Source: Octopus vulgaris | Lineage: Eukaryota | Assembly (NCBI GenBank): GCA_951406725.2 | Contig: OX597823.1 | Location: forward strand, 107,012,001 to 107,076,000 | Reading direction: 5' to 3' | DNA length: 64,000 nucleotides | Part shown: positions 41,478 to 56,000 of the stretch, piece by piece | How positions within the stretch are numbered: position 1 is the stretch's first letter | How the letters are laid out: each line of letters starts with the position of its first letter | The notes under the pieces: generated by a model | Seen by the model: the letters and a program-made list of their open reading frames with translations, nothing else | Database searches by the model: none | Told to the model about the DNA's origin: nothing | Translations under genes and position numbers: made by a program

Positions 41478-42350
41478 CATTTATTTGTTTCAGTCATTTG
41501 ACTGCGGCCATGCGAGGGCGCTTCTTTCAATGCCTCAGTCGAACAAATCGACGTCAGTACACATATTTACATCTGGCACTTATTCTATCGGTCTCTTATG
41601 CGAAACCATTAATCTATGGGGGCGAAAACAAGCTGAGTCTGGTTGACAAGTGGAGATTCACAAACGCAAACACAAAGAGACACATACTTACAAAGATATA
41701 CATATATATATATATATATTAAGAAAAAAGTCGTCAGAATTTTGGAAAAAATGGAACTTTTTGTTTCTGCATTATTATTAGCCCTTTCGTTCGTTTCTCG
41801 AAACTTTCAAATAAAGTTTTGTGAATGTACAAACAGCTGCTTCATTTATATAAAACAGATGTTTTGGGGGCTGTGTTTAGAAGAAGAGAAAACAGTTTTT
41901 GTTTTTTGGGGTGAAGTTCCATGACAATGGAGATAGATAGATATATATATAGATTGGTAGGTAGATAGATATATGATGACATCACATCTGCTGTTGATGA
42001 CTCTTTTTGAGTAAAAGGATGAAAGCTTCTTCAACAATGAGATCCAAGCACTACAACACCGATCGAAGAAGTGTGTGGACGGCAAGGAGGTCTATGTTGA
42101 AAAATAAATTCAGCTTGTGAATTTCCACCCTACATTTGAGTCTGTGTGTGTGTGTGTGTGTGTGAGTATACACGTGTGTGAGTATACACGTGTTTACGCG
42201 ACGGACTTCCACATAGATTTCCTTCTATCAAATCCCCTCACAATTCTTTGATCTACCCAGGGCAATAGTAGAAGACATTTGTCCAGTAGAAGTGATCTCG
42301 AAATACGTGATTGCAAAACGAAACTCTTAATCATACAGCCATGCCTGGAC
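41478..42350 (-). mobile_element. Old SINE family A split at its central microsatellite (3' part 41478-41700, 5' part 42195-42350)
   Basis: TTGTTTCAGTCATTTGACTGCGGCCATG tail, and a degraded head in the correct order. Confidence 0.6.
41975..42110 (+). mobile_element. Mariner transposase C-terminal fragment
   Basis: KDESFFNNEIQALQHRSKKCVDGKEVYVEK*, the typical mariner C-terminus. Confidence 0.75.
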
Positions 42351-43049
42351 CGAGAGAGAATTTATAATGTTGTTTGTATTATAAAACATGAAAGTTGTTC
42401 CATTTTCAAAATAAAATTTAAGAACATCTTAGACTATGGTCTTTTCTATTATCTTTAACACCAGTCACCTTTGACGTAAGAGACCACTACTTAACCTCGG
42501 AGAGTAAATACGGCGCCGATATAAATCAACTTCAAACAAGGTGATGCGCCCTAAATACATTAGTATTTCACTGTCCAGCGTAGCAAGTAATCGACCACAG
42601 AAAGTTGTGTGCTAATATGATAATTCCATGGATTGTTTAAAGACCAAACATCTTTTCATTTTCTGACAAAGGAAATTCGTTTTTTTATTATTATTTTTAA
42701 GAGATAAGTGAAATCAGAAAGAATTGAGCTGAATTAATAGATTTTAAACACCATGAATGTAATAAAATTGACGTAAAAACATGGTCTTCGGTGAAAGAGG
42801 GACCAGGAATAGGGAGGAAACGACATATTTAGCAACAGGTGGAATTATGTAACTGTTCCGAAAATGATCTATTAGCGTAAATAATGTCGATACTTCTTCA
42901 GTAAGACGTCTCATTTAGGGAACTTCTAAACTGAAACAACAATATAGGAAACCAGCATCAGAGAAAACTAGAAAAAAAAAGTAGAATAATTCTCTTAATT
43001 CCTAATGAGATCAACATCAAAAATAAACACAATATACATGAAAAAAAAA

Positions 43050-43600
43050 AAAGCAAAGACAGATTCAAATCCTACGGAAATACAAGCAAAAACTGTCCCA
43101 AATAAAAAAAAAGAACCTAAAGCAAGAGATCCTCGTTAAATCGCAGATAATTCATCGGGAAAAATGACAAATGCTTGTTTAACTGAAACAAACATTTTAT
43201 CTCTCACGCAAAACGAATTCACCAAGAACTAAGAAAAACAAAACAGAAACCAATGGAATTAGTGAGAGGGAGAAATATGGAGATTGGAGAAAATACCACA
43301 GGTGATAGTGTTTGAGAAATAAAGTACGACAACAGAATAATCGTGGGAATAAATATCCGCCGAAGAACTAGCCCAGACCCACCTGAATATAAATAATGGG
43401 AAAACATCCAGTTTCAAACTGGAAACCCATGGGGTATACACACAAATATTCATCAATTTACTGAAAAAGCGAGAAACAACATCTGGATGGCTCACCAAGT
43501 AAAACCCATCGTAATCGTAAAGAACTGACGAAATATTCGAACACTAAAAATGATCTCTCGATTACCTACTTATAAGATACAAAACCTCAGCAGCAACTTC
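43050..43600 (+). mobile_element. Degraded R4/Dong-like reverse transcriptase N-terminal fragment
   Basis: AKRIHQELRK, ISAEELAQT, GWLTK..KNDLSITYL resemble WLTxGxTxLIxK..KNYRPITCL. Confidence 0.5.
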
Positions 43601-45331
43601 ATTAGGAAGTATAAATTGTTCCACGTAAGAAAACCTTACAGTTCCAGATAAACAACTGCGATTTTGCATAAGTGTTTTTGTGTTAGTCGAGGGAATTGGA
43701 AGTGTAACAATGTCCGTTGAAGGCATTTTCACGATGATATGGCTATTAGTGAGTGCAGGTCACTGGGTTTTGCAAAAATGTAAGTCTAAAAGAAATCAAA
43801 GGTTTGGAACAAATGTTTGCGAGACATGGGCTCCCAAGAAAATGTGACCAAGGCCAGGGTGGTGGTGTTAAAGTGGAAGGAATGTTAGGTTTGCCACCTA
43901 AATGTTAACAATCAGTTACTGATTAAGAAAATCATATTTGAAAATTATAAGAGAAAGAAAGAGAAGATGAGTATGACATGGAGTGATCGCCATTCATGGA
44001 TTCCGGAAGCATCTAATTAAGTAGAACTAATAAGAACCAGATACATTGAAATTCTATAAGTAAATAATTATAAGTAAATGGAAACTGAGTTTACAGAGAC
44101 ATGGAAAGAGAGAATTATAAAAGTCAAAGGAATATTATAAACGTTTTATAATATTGTAAGTTTATATTAAAGCAGACTTAAATGAGATACATAAATAACT
44201 AACGGCTAACAATATTTTAGTTGTTCCAGTAATAAAACAGTTACAGTATTCTGGACTGGAAAATAAAAATAAAAATTTTAGGTAAAAGAATACTAAGAAA
44301 ATTATGACTACATTTAGTGTTCACAAGCCAAACCCTATAAGAAGGATTGTCTTTACTGTGCAATAACTCCAGTTGGATTACAAAAGCATAACTTAAAATA
44401 TAAAAAAAATTTAGCAGCAAGATATAAGCAGGCAGCAGAAGAGTTTTCTTTCTTCCGGTGACCAATACGTATCGAACAGAGGCTGTAGTAGTAGTAGTAG
44501 TAGACAAGTGTGAAGATAATGAAGAAAAAATATGGGATACAAAAAAGAAAACCTGACTAAATTAAAATGGTAGTTCTAAAAACGTATCCTGCTAAGATAT
44601 TAGCAAGAAAAGTTCTTCCGTGGTGAATAGAGAACAACTCGAGGAAATGGTGAAGTGGATTAAAATAAAAATGAACAGCAAACATGAAGTCCTCTGATAG
44701 ATATTTCTCTTTACTAAAGGGTTAAACAATTGACTTTGTTCATTATCCTTGCGTGAAATAAATGAGATACTGATTGATCGATTCCCAATGATGTGTAAGA
44801 AATTTATTTGTTGCTAAGTGAAACAGGATGACGGGCAGGAAGGAGGGAGTGGATCAGCTAAACCCACGTTTACAACCATAATTACAAAACAAAAATCCAA
44901 TTGTTAGTTTTGATGTAATAATCAATTGTAGGTGTTTAATAACTTTACATGTGAGGAAGAAATAAAGTCTAAGTAGAAGATTCTCCGTTGCAGAATATAC
45001 ACATCTCACTACGCACATTCCATGTTCATATAAGCATAGAAACACAGATATGCACAGAAATATACATACATTCACGTTTGCCATCATATACGATCCCGTA
45101 ACTCTCTCTCTCTCTCTCCACACTCACAAAAACACACACATTCTTATATACACAAACATGTACACGTACAATCACATACATTCGATCACATCTCTATCTA
45201 ACCATGCGTATGTAGGTGTGTAGATGTGTAGCCATCTCATAGCTACGCATAAATATATAAATTTACATACGCTCACAGGCATCTAAACGAATACTTACAT
45301 CTAAATAGAGATAAGGACCCAACTATACCCA

Positions 45332-45388
45332 GATACACACATATACAACTGATACACACATATACAACTGATACACACATATACAACT
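45332..45388. repeat. 3 x 19-bp tandem repeat GATACACACATATACAACT
   Basis: Perfect copies at 45332, 45351 and 45370. Confidence 0.95.
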
Positions 45389-46037
45389 TTTCAAGTGGTC
45401 ACGCTGTTTTGTATATTAGTAATTCCTTTATGGTTGTCAAACAAAAACCAATATGTAAATTAGCTTCAGTCTGCGGAAAGAAGACATATTGTCTACTTAT
45501 GGCTATAAGATGCTTAATTCAAATAACTCAACATTGTAAGCTAAAGAACTGTTATAAGAACACAGAAATGTTCAAATAGTGCTGTCAGTGTGATGCCCGC
45601 GACATCACACATCCCTGGATGTGGGACTTATTACCTGAGTCTTATTTCACAAAACGCATACTATGTATGATTTTTAAACAGACACATACACGCACAGACA
45701 TAAACACACAAACACACATATAGATGTAATAAGAATTTAGAAATTTCGAGAGCACATGAAATAAGTCTTTTTTGGAACGGTTAACTCGAAGCAGAAAGAG
45801 CTACAAATAATAACATGTGTATATGGCGTAAAAGTTAAAGGAATTAAGTTTCTAAAATGGATGAAGGGATTTCAATGATTACTTTTCTTCAATGGCAGAA
45901 CGTCTGTCATATTTACAGAAGATATGGATATTTATTTCATTAGTTTATTGACAAAAAATATTTTGACAATACACCGATGAGGTGATAGAGATCGGCATTA
46001 AAATATCGAAAACATTTTCTACATACAATATTTTCTA

Positions 46038-46200
46038 GACGCAGGAGTGACTGTGTGGTAAGTAGCTTGCTTACCAACCACATGGTTCCGGGTTCAGTTC
46101 CACTGCGTGGCATCTTGGGCAAGTGTCTGCTACTATAGCCTCGGGCCAACCAAAGCCTTTGTGAGTGGATTTGGTAGACGAAACTGAAAGAAGCCCGTCG

Positions 46201-46298
<98 letters not shown>

Positions 46299-46510
46299 TG
46301 TTTGTGTGTCTGTGTTTGTCCCCGTAGCATTGCTTGACAACCTATGCTGGTGTGTTTACGTCCCCGTCACTTAGCAGTTCGGCAAAAGAGACCGATAGAA
46401 TAAGTACTGGACTTACAAAGAATATGTCCCGGGGCCGATTTGCTCAACTAAAGGCGGTGCTCCAGCATGGCCGCAGTCAAATGACTGAAACAAGTAAAAG
46501 AGTAAAAGAA
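46038..46510 (+). mobile_element. SINE family A, full length (tRNA-like head, CORE-like CTTGGGCAAGTGTC, internal (TA)n(TG)n, conserved tail)
   Basis: Used as the reference copy; more than 10 related copies in the window. Confidence 0.93.
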
Positions 46511-46559
46511 ATGTATATACATAGACAGATAGAAACACACGTGCGAAGTACATAAGCTA

Positions 46560-47220
46560 GCTGAGCATAAGTGAAGATGATTTACGGGAATTGAACTACA
46601 TAACTTGGTGTATGGCTTAGGGAAGAGGGGATTCGCACACAAGATAAGGTCGAGAGTTCTATTCGAGGATGGTCAGTGCATTGTGTCCATAAGCAAGATG
46701 TGCAAATCAATCTGACGAACTGGGGTAGGTGTTGAGCGTAGAATGTTTGTATATATCGACAGCTTAGTTCGAAGTATGCAGATGGGTCTCTTGTGAAGAA
46801 CTCATGATACGGGAACGGGCAGAATTTATTCACAGCTAAATCAGTTGATATGCAAATGTTCAGCAGTTTGATATGCAAATTTGCAGATGCGGTTTTTAGT
46901 AAGGTTATAGAATGGTCACCATAAGAGGAAGTTAGGCTAAAAATTGTGAAGATCTTTGTGGAGTGTTATATTCAGGTTTGTCATACACTGTATTTTGGTC
47001 ATATATGATTTGTACTTTCCCAGCAGGAGGAAGTTACCAAAGTCTTAGTATTTGTATGTTGTGAGGTATGGAGAGTGGTCGTAATGTTCGGGTGCAGCGT
47101 ATTGCTGAAATTATTCTTAAATCCATGAACAAGGTCAGAGCATTACACTTCAGTAAGGTTGGTCTCTCCGAATGTTCTTTATAACAATGGTTCAGTTTTG
47201 AGGCAGAGCTTCACGCAGAC
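46560..47220 (-). mobile_element. Degraded APE endonuclease region of a LINE (CR1/L2-like)
   Basis: TLDLILCANP motif on the minus strand near 46630-46660; heavily frameshifted. Confidence 0.45.
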
Positions 47221-47400
47221 CCTATTATATACAAATAAGCACAAATAGTTTATAGAGAGCAATAAAATTTTCAAGGGAAATAACTACCATGTGAATTATG
47301 TTTAACTTTTATATGAATGTTTCTGTGTATGTCTATGTGTGTCTAAGAGTGTATACGTGTATATATCTGTTTATCTACATATACACGTGTATGTATGTGT

Positions 47401-47440
<40 letters not shown>

Positions 47441-47922
47441 TTATATATATATATACTTAGTAAGAACGACGCCAACATTAGCATAAAATTAATGTAATTG
47501 TCGATCGAAGAAAGGATGTGTATTCAGTTCTTATTTTTCTTATTTATTCCCCTATATTTACAAGTTTTATATTCTACGTTAGCTTGTATGTATGTTTTAA
47601 AATACTAAATCATGAATAAATTAACACATTAATATATATGTAGGTATGGATCTGTGAATATATATACATATATGTATCCATATATGTATGAATGCATGTA
47701 TGTATGTATGTATGTATTTGTAAAACATAAGTATCCTATATGTATTATGCATATACAGGCAAAATATGTATCTAAGATATATAAATTCCCAATTGTACGT
47801 ATGTATGTACACACACATTTACACACACACAGACACGTACACACATGCATACGTTTGTGTTTGTGTGTGTGTAATTATGTATAACTAGGCGTTTGAAAAG
47901 ATATTTATACATGTATACATTC

Positions 47923-48002
<80 letters not shown>

Positions 48003-49564
48003 ATAGATACGTACAGACATATAAAAAGAAAAATAGGGAAGAGAAGGGAAAACAGAGAGTGTGTGCTAGGAGAAAGTAAAAGAATTAAAACTCTGTATAA
48101 AGCAAAAAATACATAAAACAATATTGCACAAAATAAAAAATTCTAAAAAAATATATAATCCAGCAAAGTCAGTTTGAAAGACAAACAACTGCGTTTATGG
48201 TTCGAGTTGAGTGTGGGATTAAGCAATCAAAATATTATTATCAATATCTTCGCTTCAATGGCCACATCTCATCAAGCATGGATGACTAACAATTTTTTTT
48301 GTCTTAAATTACAACATCCCAGATTAGAAACGATAAAGTAGAAATATCTTCATTTTTATATATATTTTCTTCATTTAATTATATATAAATCATTCTGTAA
48401 ATAAATATATAAAAAAACGAAGAATTTTTAGTTTGGTTAAGAAGCAAAATAGAGAGAAAAAATATATGGAAAAGTAATTACAGAAATATTATTAAAATAT
48501 AAAATCCACACCCACACAGAGACAGAAGTAAAAATACTCTAGAAATGGAAATAAAAATTAGAATATGCAATGGAAAATAATCAAAGTAAAATATACTCAA
48601 AAAGGAAAAAAAATATTATATAACAAAAGAATTAAAAAATAGAATTCAAAAAATATATATGTGTATGTGTGTATTCTGAATAAAATTGGCAAAATCTTTA
48701 GAAAATCATCTTGTATATATTGTGTGTTGAATTGTATTGCTATTAATTCTAAGCAAATTCTTCACTCTGATAACAATCTGATGGCAAGAATTGACAATAA
48801 TATTCCACTGGGCAGCAGCAGCAGCAGCAGTAGATGCAGCAGCGGTTGCAGCAGTAGGAGGACACCCCACATCCCTTCACCCAGAAATATGTGGGTTGTT
48901 TGCCTGGAAATAATGTGAAGTAGAAAAACAATAATACAAACAGATAACAGGAGGAAGAAGAATAACATAACAACGACAACAACAACAGCTACAATACCAA
49001 CAGCAACAACATCGACAACAACAATAGAATTAATATAAATAACAAGAACAGTAAGAAATAAAAAAAAAAAACTAAAAATAAAAAATAAAAACAAACAGCA
49101 ATTGCAGATTAAATAATTTAAAAAATACAAAGTTGTCACGTTGTCATCTGGGAATGAGAAATTATTGATAAATCGCATCAATGAGAACAAGAATAATAAT
49201 AACAGCATGGGTAATAACAACAACAACAACAACAACGACAACGACAAAGACAAGGAAAACAATAATAAAAGAACAGTTCCAATATTAACAGCTATATAGC
49301 AACAACAACGACAACAACTACTGCAAAAACAACATGTGTGCAACAACAACAGCAACATTACCAACACCAACACGAAGAGCAGCAACAGCTAGAACAGTAA
49401 TAAACTATGACCATGTTTATAGTCACAACGACAACAACAACAATAAACAGTCACTGTAACTACAACAACAACAACCACGACAAGTCGCAACGACAAGGAC
49501 AAGTATGACTACTAGCTACCATAACTACGTTAACAGCAACAACTAGTAGTATAACTGCAACAAC

Positions 49565-50035
<471 letters not shown>

Positions 50036-50151
50036 AAGAAGCACGAAGCAACAAAACAGAATGAAGACATGAACAAAATATTTACATCGGCAATAATACA
50101 ATAACAACAATTAATGCTACAACTATAATTCTATTAACAGCATTATTATCC

Positions 50152-50195
<44 letters not shown>

Positions 50196-50569
50196 GTTGT
50201 TGTGACTATCACGTTTCTGCCATCGTTATCAGCATTATTGCAACAACAATAAGAACGTATATTGCATTAATACTATCAGTGACATCAACTCCTACAAAAA
50301 CAAGTCTAATAATAAAATAACAACTGCCATGATATCACCAACAGTCAGATATGTAAACATTATTTATATATGCCATAAGTTTGGAATTAAAGAAAATAAT
50401 AAATATTTACTGTTGATGGCATCATAAACATGATGAATAGCAGCAGTGGTAGCAACCACAACAGCATCAACATTAGCATTATTATCATCACCACGACCAT
50501 TATCGTCATTATCGACATTGCTATGTTTGCCATTATTGTTATTGTTGCTATTGTTAAAGGAAATTTGGT

Positions 50570-52020
50570 CTGTTGTTCGTACCGTGGGGTAGGAGTGTGC
50601 ACAATTAGTTGATGAGTCTTCGTTGGGGATGCAGTAATCCGAAGATAGGGACATAATGGTCGGAGTGGTCTGGGGTCGAGAGATTTGGGGAGACCGGCAT
50701 GTTATGACTGACATCGATTAGGTGATCGGAAAAGCAGGTTGCACAGCATTGGCCAGTTTGACCCATGTCCTGAGCATCATACAGTCAGTTTTTAATACAG
50801 TTATATCAAGTTAAAAGAAGTATAAGTGAAGGGTTGGCATTTTGGAGTCACGTAGAATTCTCATGTTGGAATGAAAGGAAAAGGTTGCGATGGAAGGAGA
50901 TGCAAGTGGATATTCAAGGTCACCTGAAACGAAAGAACTGCTCACCAGGAGATCATATAGCTTTCAATTGCGTTTACATGAAGTAGGTAGAATTCAGGAA
51001 CGATACGAACGGTAGCTGGGTGTGATGGGAATAAGTGGAAGACTTTACAAAGTTAGCCTGTGAGACAGCCCGAGTGGCGGGTAAAAGGTGGCATTAAAGG
51101 AATTGCTTTGGTAAGATGGCAAACACGTTTCAGGAGGATGGAGAATCAGACTATGGATCTGGTTCAAGGAAAAACCATACCGCGATAGATCAGAGTAAGT
51201 AAATATGTGGAAGGAACGAGCGGCGTATTTTGTGGGAATTAGACTTATAGCTGGAATCTCGCCTACATTTGTGGTAGAGACGGAAGAATTGTTAGAGGGC
51301 GCGGATTTGGTTGATGAGAGATAAGAGTGAAGCTGGGGGTCGATAATGGATTTGAAAAATACGAAGGCTGCCAATGAAAATGGAGATATCCAAGAGGTTG
51401 ATATAGTTTTGGTGAAGACGGGAATGAATTCTATAACGGGATGGAATTAACGGAGAAGTTGAGGAATGGTTAACGAAGCCAGTAATATAGAAGCGTGTGG
51501 TTATTGTGGCACCTATAAAGTCTTTGATATAACAACCATATTGTTCACAGACAGGGCCGATGCAAAAACTGAAAATTAATGTATGAAGGTTTGTAACAAT
51601 CAGTCTAGAGTAATTATGGCCGTCCTAGTGCCTACAACCACTCCATTGATTAGTAGAAGACATTGCTGAAAAGCAGTTGGGAGACTGACGAGTTCAGTGA
51701 CGTAATATATAAGTGTACTAGATTTGAATGTGGTGTAACAGGTATAACAGTAAACAAATCATTCGAGATCTAAGAGTATGTCGTCAGCAGGAGTTCGTGA
51801 TTTGCCAATAAGTAGATTAATGTCTGTGGCATGGCAGTCAAGAAGAAATAATTTGAAGTACGGTGATGAAGACGAGTTTTTGCTTACGGTGTATATTTTG
51901 TTGGATATCTTGAGGAAGAAAAAGTTTCTCGATTACGAGACTATCTAGAAGCAGTAGAGATCGACACAGTGCCCTACGACAGCGTGAGATTATGCACAAG
52001 TTTAACAATACTGTATCGTC
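50570..52020 (-). mobile_element. Degraded LINE 5' region (ORF1 remnant plus APE endonuclease)
   Basis: Motifs in APE order on the minus strand: YAARS (NARS-like), ETCL (ETWL-like), SGDLEYP (GDFNxP-like), SDHYV. Confidence 0.55.
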
Positions 52021-52024
52021 TCTT

Positions 52025-52086
<62 letters not shown>

Positions 52087-52107
52087 ATTATAAATATGTA
52101 TGTATAT

Positions 52108-52193
<86 letters not shown>

Positions 52194-52348
52194 TGAGGTT
52201 ATAAGAGGTAATGGTGTCAAGAAGACACAAAGGTGTCAAGTAATGCTGAGTAAGTGCTATGGACAGACTATAGTTAAGCTCCAGGTTCAGTGATTATGCG
52301 AATACGGAGTCCAACGTAGGTCATATATTTGCGTGCATATATATAAAA

Positions 52349-53067
52349 AATTAGCAGAATGAAATAAAAATCCAAGGCTGTGAAATATTTCAGAGCATTT
52401 ATAAAGTGGTCTTATAGCTGTTTCTGGGATATTTCATATATACCTTGCTTAACCTATTTTTCGCTCCGTCTCCGAAGAAGGGATATATAAAATATCCCCA
52501 AAACAGCTGTAAGATCTTCTCTTTATAAATATTCTGAAATCTATCACAGCCTTGGATTTTTATCGCATTCTGTTAATTGAAAAACTTGTAATTGTTTAAA
52601 ATAAATTTATTTACATATATACCAAACTAGTTTCAACAATATTTTCTGTTTATCAATGGTAAAGATTTAGAATTATGAATTAGAAAAACATGCTTAAAAA
52701 TTTCGATGTTGACCGGATTGTAAACCTCGGCACCGTATATCAAAACCATTCGCACCGAAAGAACATAGAAGTTTGTTTACAAAAAACAATTATGAACTAA
52801 TATAGTTCTTAAATTTGACAGAAACAGGGAGGCTAATTCGCTTGTATAATGGTAACACACTTAGTCACGTTAATAAAAGGATATGGGTTCGAGTCCCACG
52901 CGCTTAGGAAAGCCTACTTTTTTTCTGTCGAGGGCTTACAAGCTCCATTATTGAACTATTTCCTTAGTTATTGCATGGTGATGGTTATAAAATTTAAGCT
53001 TATATAAATGCCATTATTACTATTTACGGGATTGTAAAACCTGGCACCGTATAACAAAACCATTCGT

Positions 53068-53070
<3 letters not shown>
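52349..53070. mobile_element. Penelope-type inverted repeat (arms about 52349-52447 and 52478-52578) plus body with a tRNA-like segment
   Basis: Diverged arms of about 100 bp; in (TA)n; 52578-52662 recurs inverted at 56521-56606. Confidence 0.75.
52468..52515 (+). ncRNA. Degenerate type I hammerhead motif (CCGAAGA core)
   Basis: GTCT-CCGAAGA-AGGGATAT..ATATCCCC-(A)AAA-CAGCTG-TA-AGA; the left arm keeps GAAA and AGAC. Confidence 0.6.
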
Positions 53071-53117
<47 letters not shown>

Positions 53118-53595
53118 ATACATGTATGTATGTATCAACGAAGAGGGGTTAATATGGGATATTAATTAAAGCAAAATACTTCTTAAGCTCTCTACAGATA
53201 AAATTACACCAGGTAAACTAAATAGTCCTGTGATTGGTATTACACTCCACGTAATCCGAATTCGAAGTCCATTACCAGTCAAATCCGTAAATCCACGGTT
53301 GCAATACTCAGTTAAGATGGGTTGGCTTCGTCGAAGATATCCTTTTGAGAGTCGATTCCTATATTTTTAGTTGATCAATCGATCGATTAATAAAATCGAG
53401 CTGGGAACGCTTGAAAATGCTATCGAGAAACAGCTGTAAGCCTATAATGAATGAATAAATATTCATACAATACATTATTTTTGTCCATTATACCTATGTA
53501 TGTTTGTGTGTACGTATACACACACACACACACATACACACACACACATATATGACAGAAATCTATTTACTTTATAACTGATGTATGTATGTATG

Positions 53596-53639
<44 letters not shown>

Positions 53640-54807
53640 TTATATAAAGTATATGTTATGTATATCACTTATATATTTTTTAAAAACATATACCAGATGT
53701 ATTTTATTACGGTTTTCAACAAATTCAACCCCTTCTCCATGTAAGAATATATAGTTCTTCGTCAGTGGTATCACCATTTTTATCATTATACGCATCGCAA
53801 TTATCCTCGTCCTTATCATATTCGATAAACGCATCTTCCACACGCTCCTTCATCGCCCTCATCACAGCCATCATCATCACAACTAACAAGTACTTATTAA
53901 CATCAACGTAATTGTCTTCAACAATTTTTTGCAATCAAATATATTTGCAATCAACCTATCTACATTTGTTCCTATGTCAGCGATGTTGCTGATGTAGTTG
54001 ATATGGTTTCTCGTATTTTACAGCAGACATTTTTGTTTTCGTTGTAGCTCTATAAATTGTTGTTGCTTTTTGTTTTTAGCACTATTCTTGTTGTTGTTGT
54101 TGCTATGTTCATAGTTGACGTTGTGTTATTGTTATCGGTTCCGCTGTTGTTAATGTTATTAATCTTGTAACTACTTTTGCTGCTGATGATAATGCTGCTG
54201 ATGATAATGCTGCTGCTGCTGCTGTTGTTGTTGTTGTCGCCATCGGTTCTGTTGCTGTTTAGCCCCTACATTAGCCATGATCAAGTGTACTCATGACCAG
54301 AGACCATGACCATCCAGCCTTTTTTCTTTTCTTTTTAACATTGATTTTTATTCTTATCCTTTTCTTTCTGTTTTTGTGTTCGTTATGCAAGATTCTTAAT
54401 GTGAAATCGTCTGTTGATAGCGACGTATCTTGAGAGAATAATTTTGCCAATAAAAGCACACACATTGACTCCGTTTCATTTCCTTTTTATTATTGTTATT
54501 AGTTAACTATTTAGTCAATTTACTAATCGATCGCTTGACTAATCGTTTAACCATTCGGTAAGACAGAGAGCTCTTTCGTCATCACTAGATACTTTGTCAA
54601 TGAAGTGCTCTCGTTACTCTTGGTCTTCTAGTGTTTGTTCTGTCCTGATATTTTGACATTTATATTTACGAGAGTAAGTACCTCACGGAAGATCTACATA
54701 CTATTTCCAGCAAGAGAAACTCTGTCCCGTAATTACAGAGAGAGTGAAATGTTCCTGTTACAATTGTTGTCAAGCAATAACAGTTCTGATTATTTATGTT
54801 AATGTTG

Positions 54808-55040
54808 GAGCAGCTGGCAGAAACGTTAGCACGCCGGGCGAAATGCTGAAGCGGTATTTCGTCTGCCGTTACGTTCTGAGTTCAAATTCCGCCGATGTCG
54901 ACTTTGCCTTTCATCCTTTCAGGGTCGATAAATAAAGTACCAGTTACGCAATGGGTTGATGTAATCGACTTAATCCGTTTGTCTGTCCTTGTTTGTCCTC
55001 TCTGTGGGCAGTAAAGAAATAGATATTGTCGTCGTTACTG
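54808..55040 (+). mobile_element. SINE family B
   Basis: GCTGGCAGAAACGTTAGCACGCCGGGCG head and GCCTTTCATCCTTTC domain. Confidence 0.88.
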
Positions 55041-55123
55041 TTTTCAAATATTGACATATGCACACACATTCATACACGCGCATGCGCATAATCTTTATGG
55101 CAAACAAGTACTAATATATGTAC

Positions 55124-55430
55124 GGGCGCGTAGCTTAGAGGTTAGGAGCATTCGGCTCAAAATCGTAAAGTCGTGAGTTTGATTCCCGGAGACTCATTGC
55201 GTCCTTGAGTAGGGTACTTCGTATCAAGTTAGTCCAGTCCATTCAGCTAGCAAAAATGAGAAGTACCTGTAATTCGAAGGGCCAGTCGCGTCACACTCTG
55301 TGTTACACAGAATCTCCCTGAGAACTACGTGAAGCGTACATCTGTCTGTGGAATACTCAGCCACTTGCACGTTAATTTCACGGGTAGGTTGTTCCGTTGA
55401 TTGGATCGATTGGAACTGATACATCCTATC
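55124..55430 (+). mobile_element. tRNA-derived SINE, C-related head with a different tail (family E)
   Basis: GGGCGCGTAGCTTAGAGGTTAG A-box, GTTTGATTCC B-box, GTCCTTGAG core. Confidence 0.65.
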
Positions 55431-55595
55431 ATACCGAAAAACTGTAGAACTTTTATTTCTCTCTTTTTCTATTTGTGAGTATGTATCTGTATATATATAT
55501 ATATGAGTACCTTTTCGCCGAACCAGTACACTACCAGGACTTAAACAGACCCCCAAAGTTATCAAGCGATCAGAAACAAACACAAAAGAATAGAT

Positions 55596-55650
<55 letters not shown>

Positions 55651-55651
<1 letters not shown>

Positions 55652-56000
55652 GCGCAGGCGTGGCTGTGTGGTAAGGCGCTTGCTTCCCAATCACATGGTC
55701 CGTGTTCAGCCCCACTGCGTGCCACCTTGAGTGTCTTCCGCTATAGCATCGGGCCGACCAAATCCTTGTGACTGAATTTGATAGACAAACTGAAAGAAGC
55801 TAGTCGTATATGTGTGTGAGTGTGTGTGCGAAAGACAGAGGGGGTGTTTTATGTCTGTTTGTCACCCACTACTGCCTCACAACCGTTGTGGGTATGTTTA
55901 CGCCGTGACCTAGCGGTTCAGTAAAAGATAGAATAAGTTTCAGGCTAGAAAAATATAAGTACTGGCCTCAGTCCGGTGACTGAAGCGAGTAAAAGATACA
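55651..56000 (+). mobile_element. SINE family A, degraded
   Basis: GGCGCAGGCGTGGCTGTGTGGTAAG head. Confidence 0.8.
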
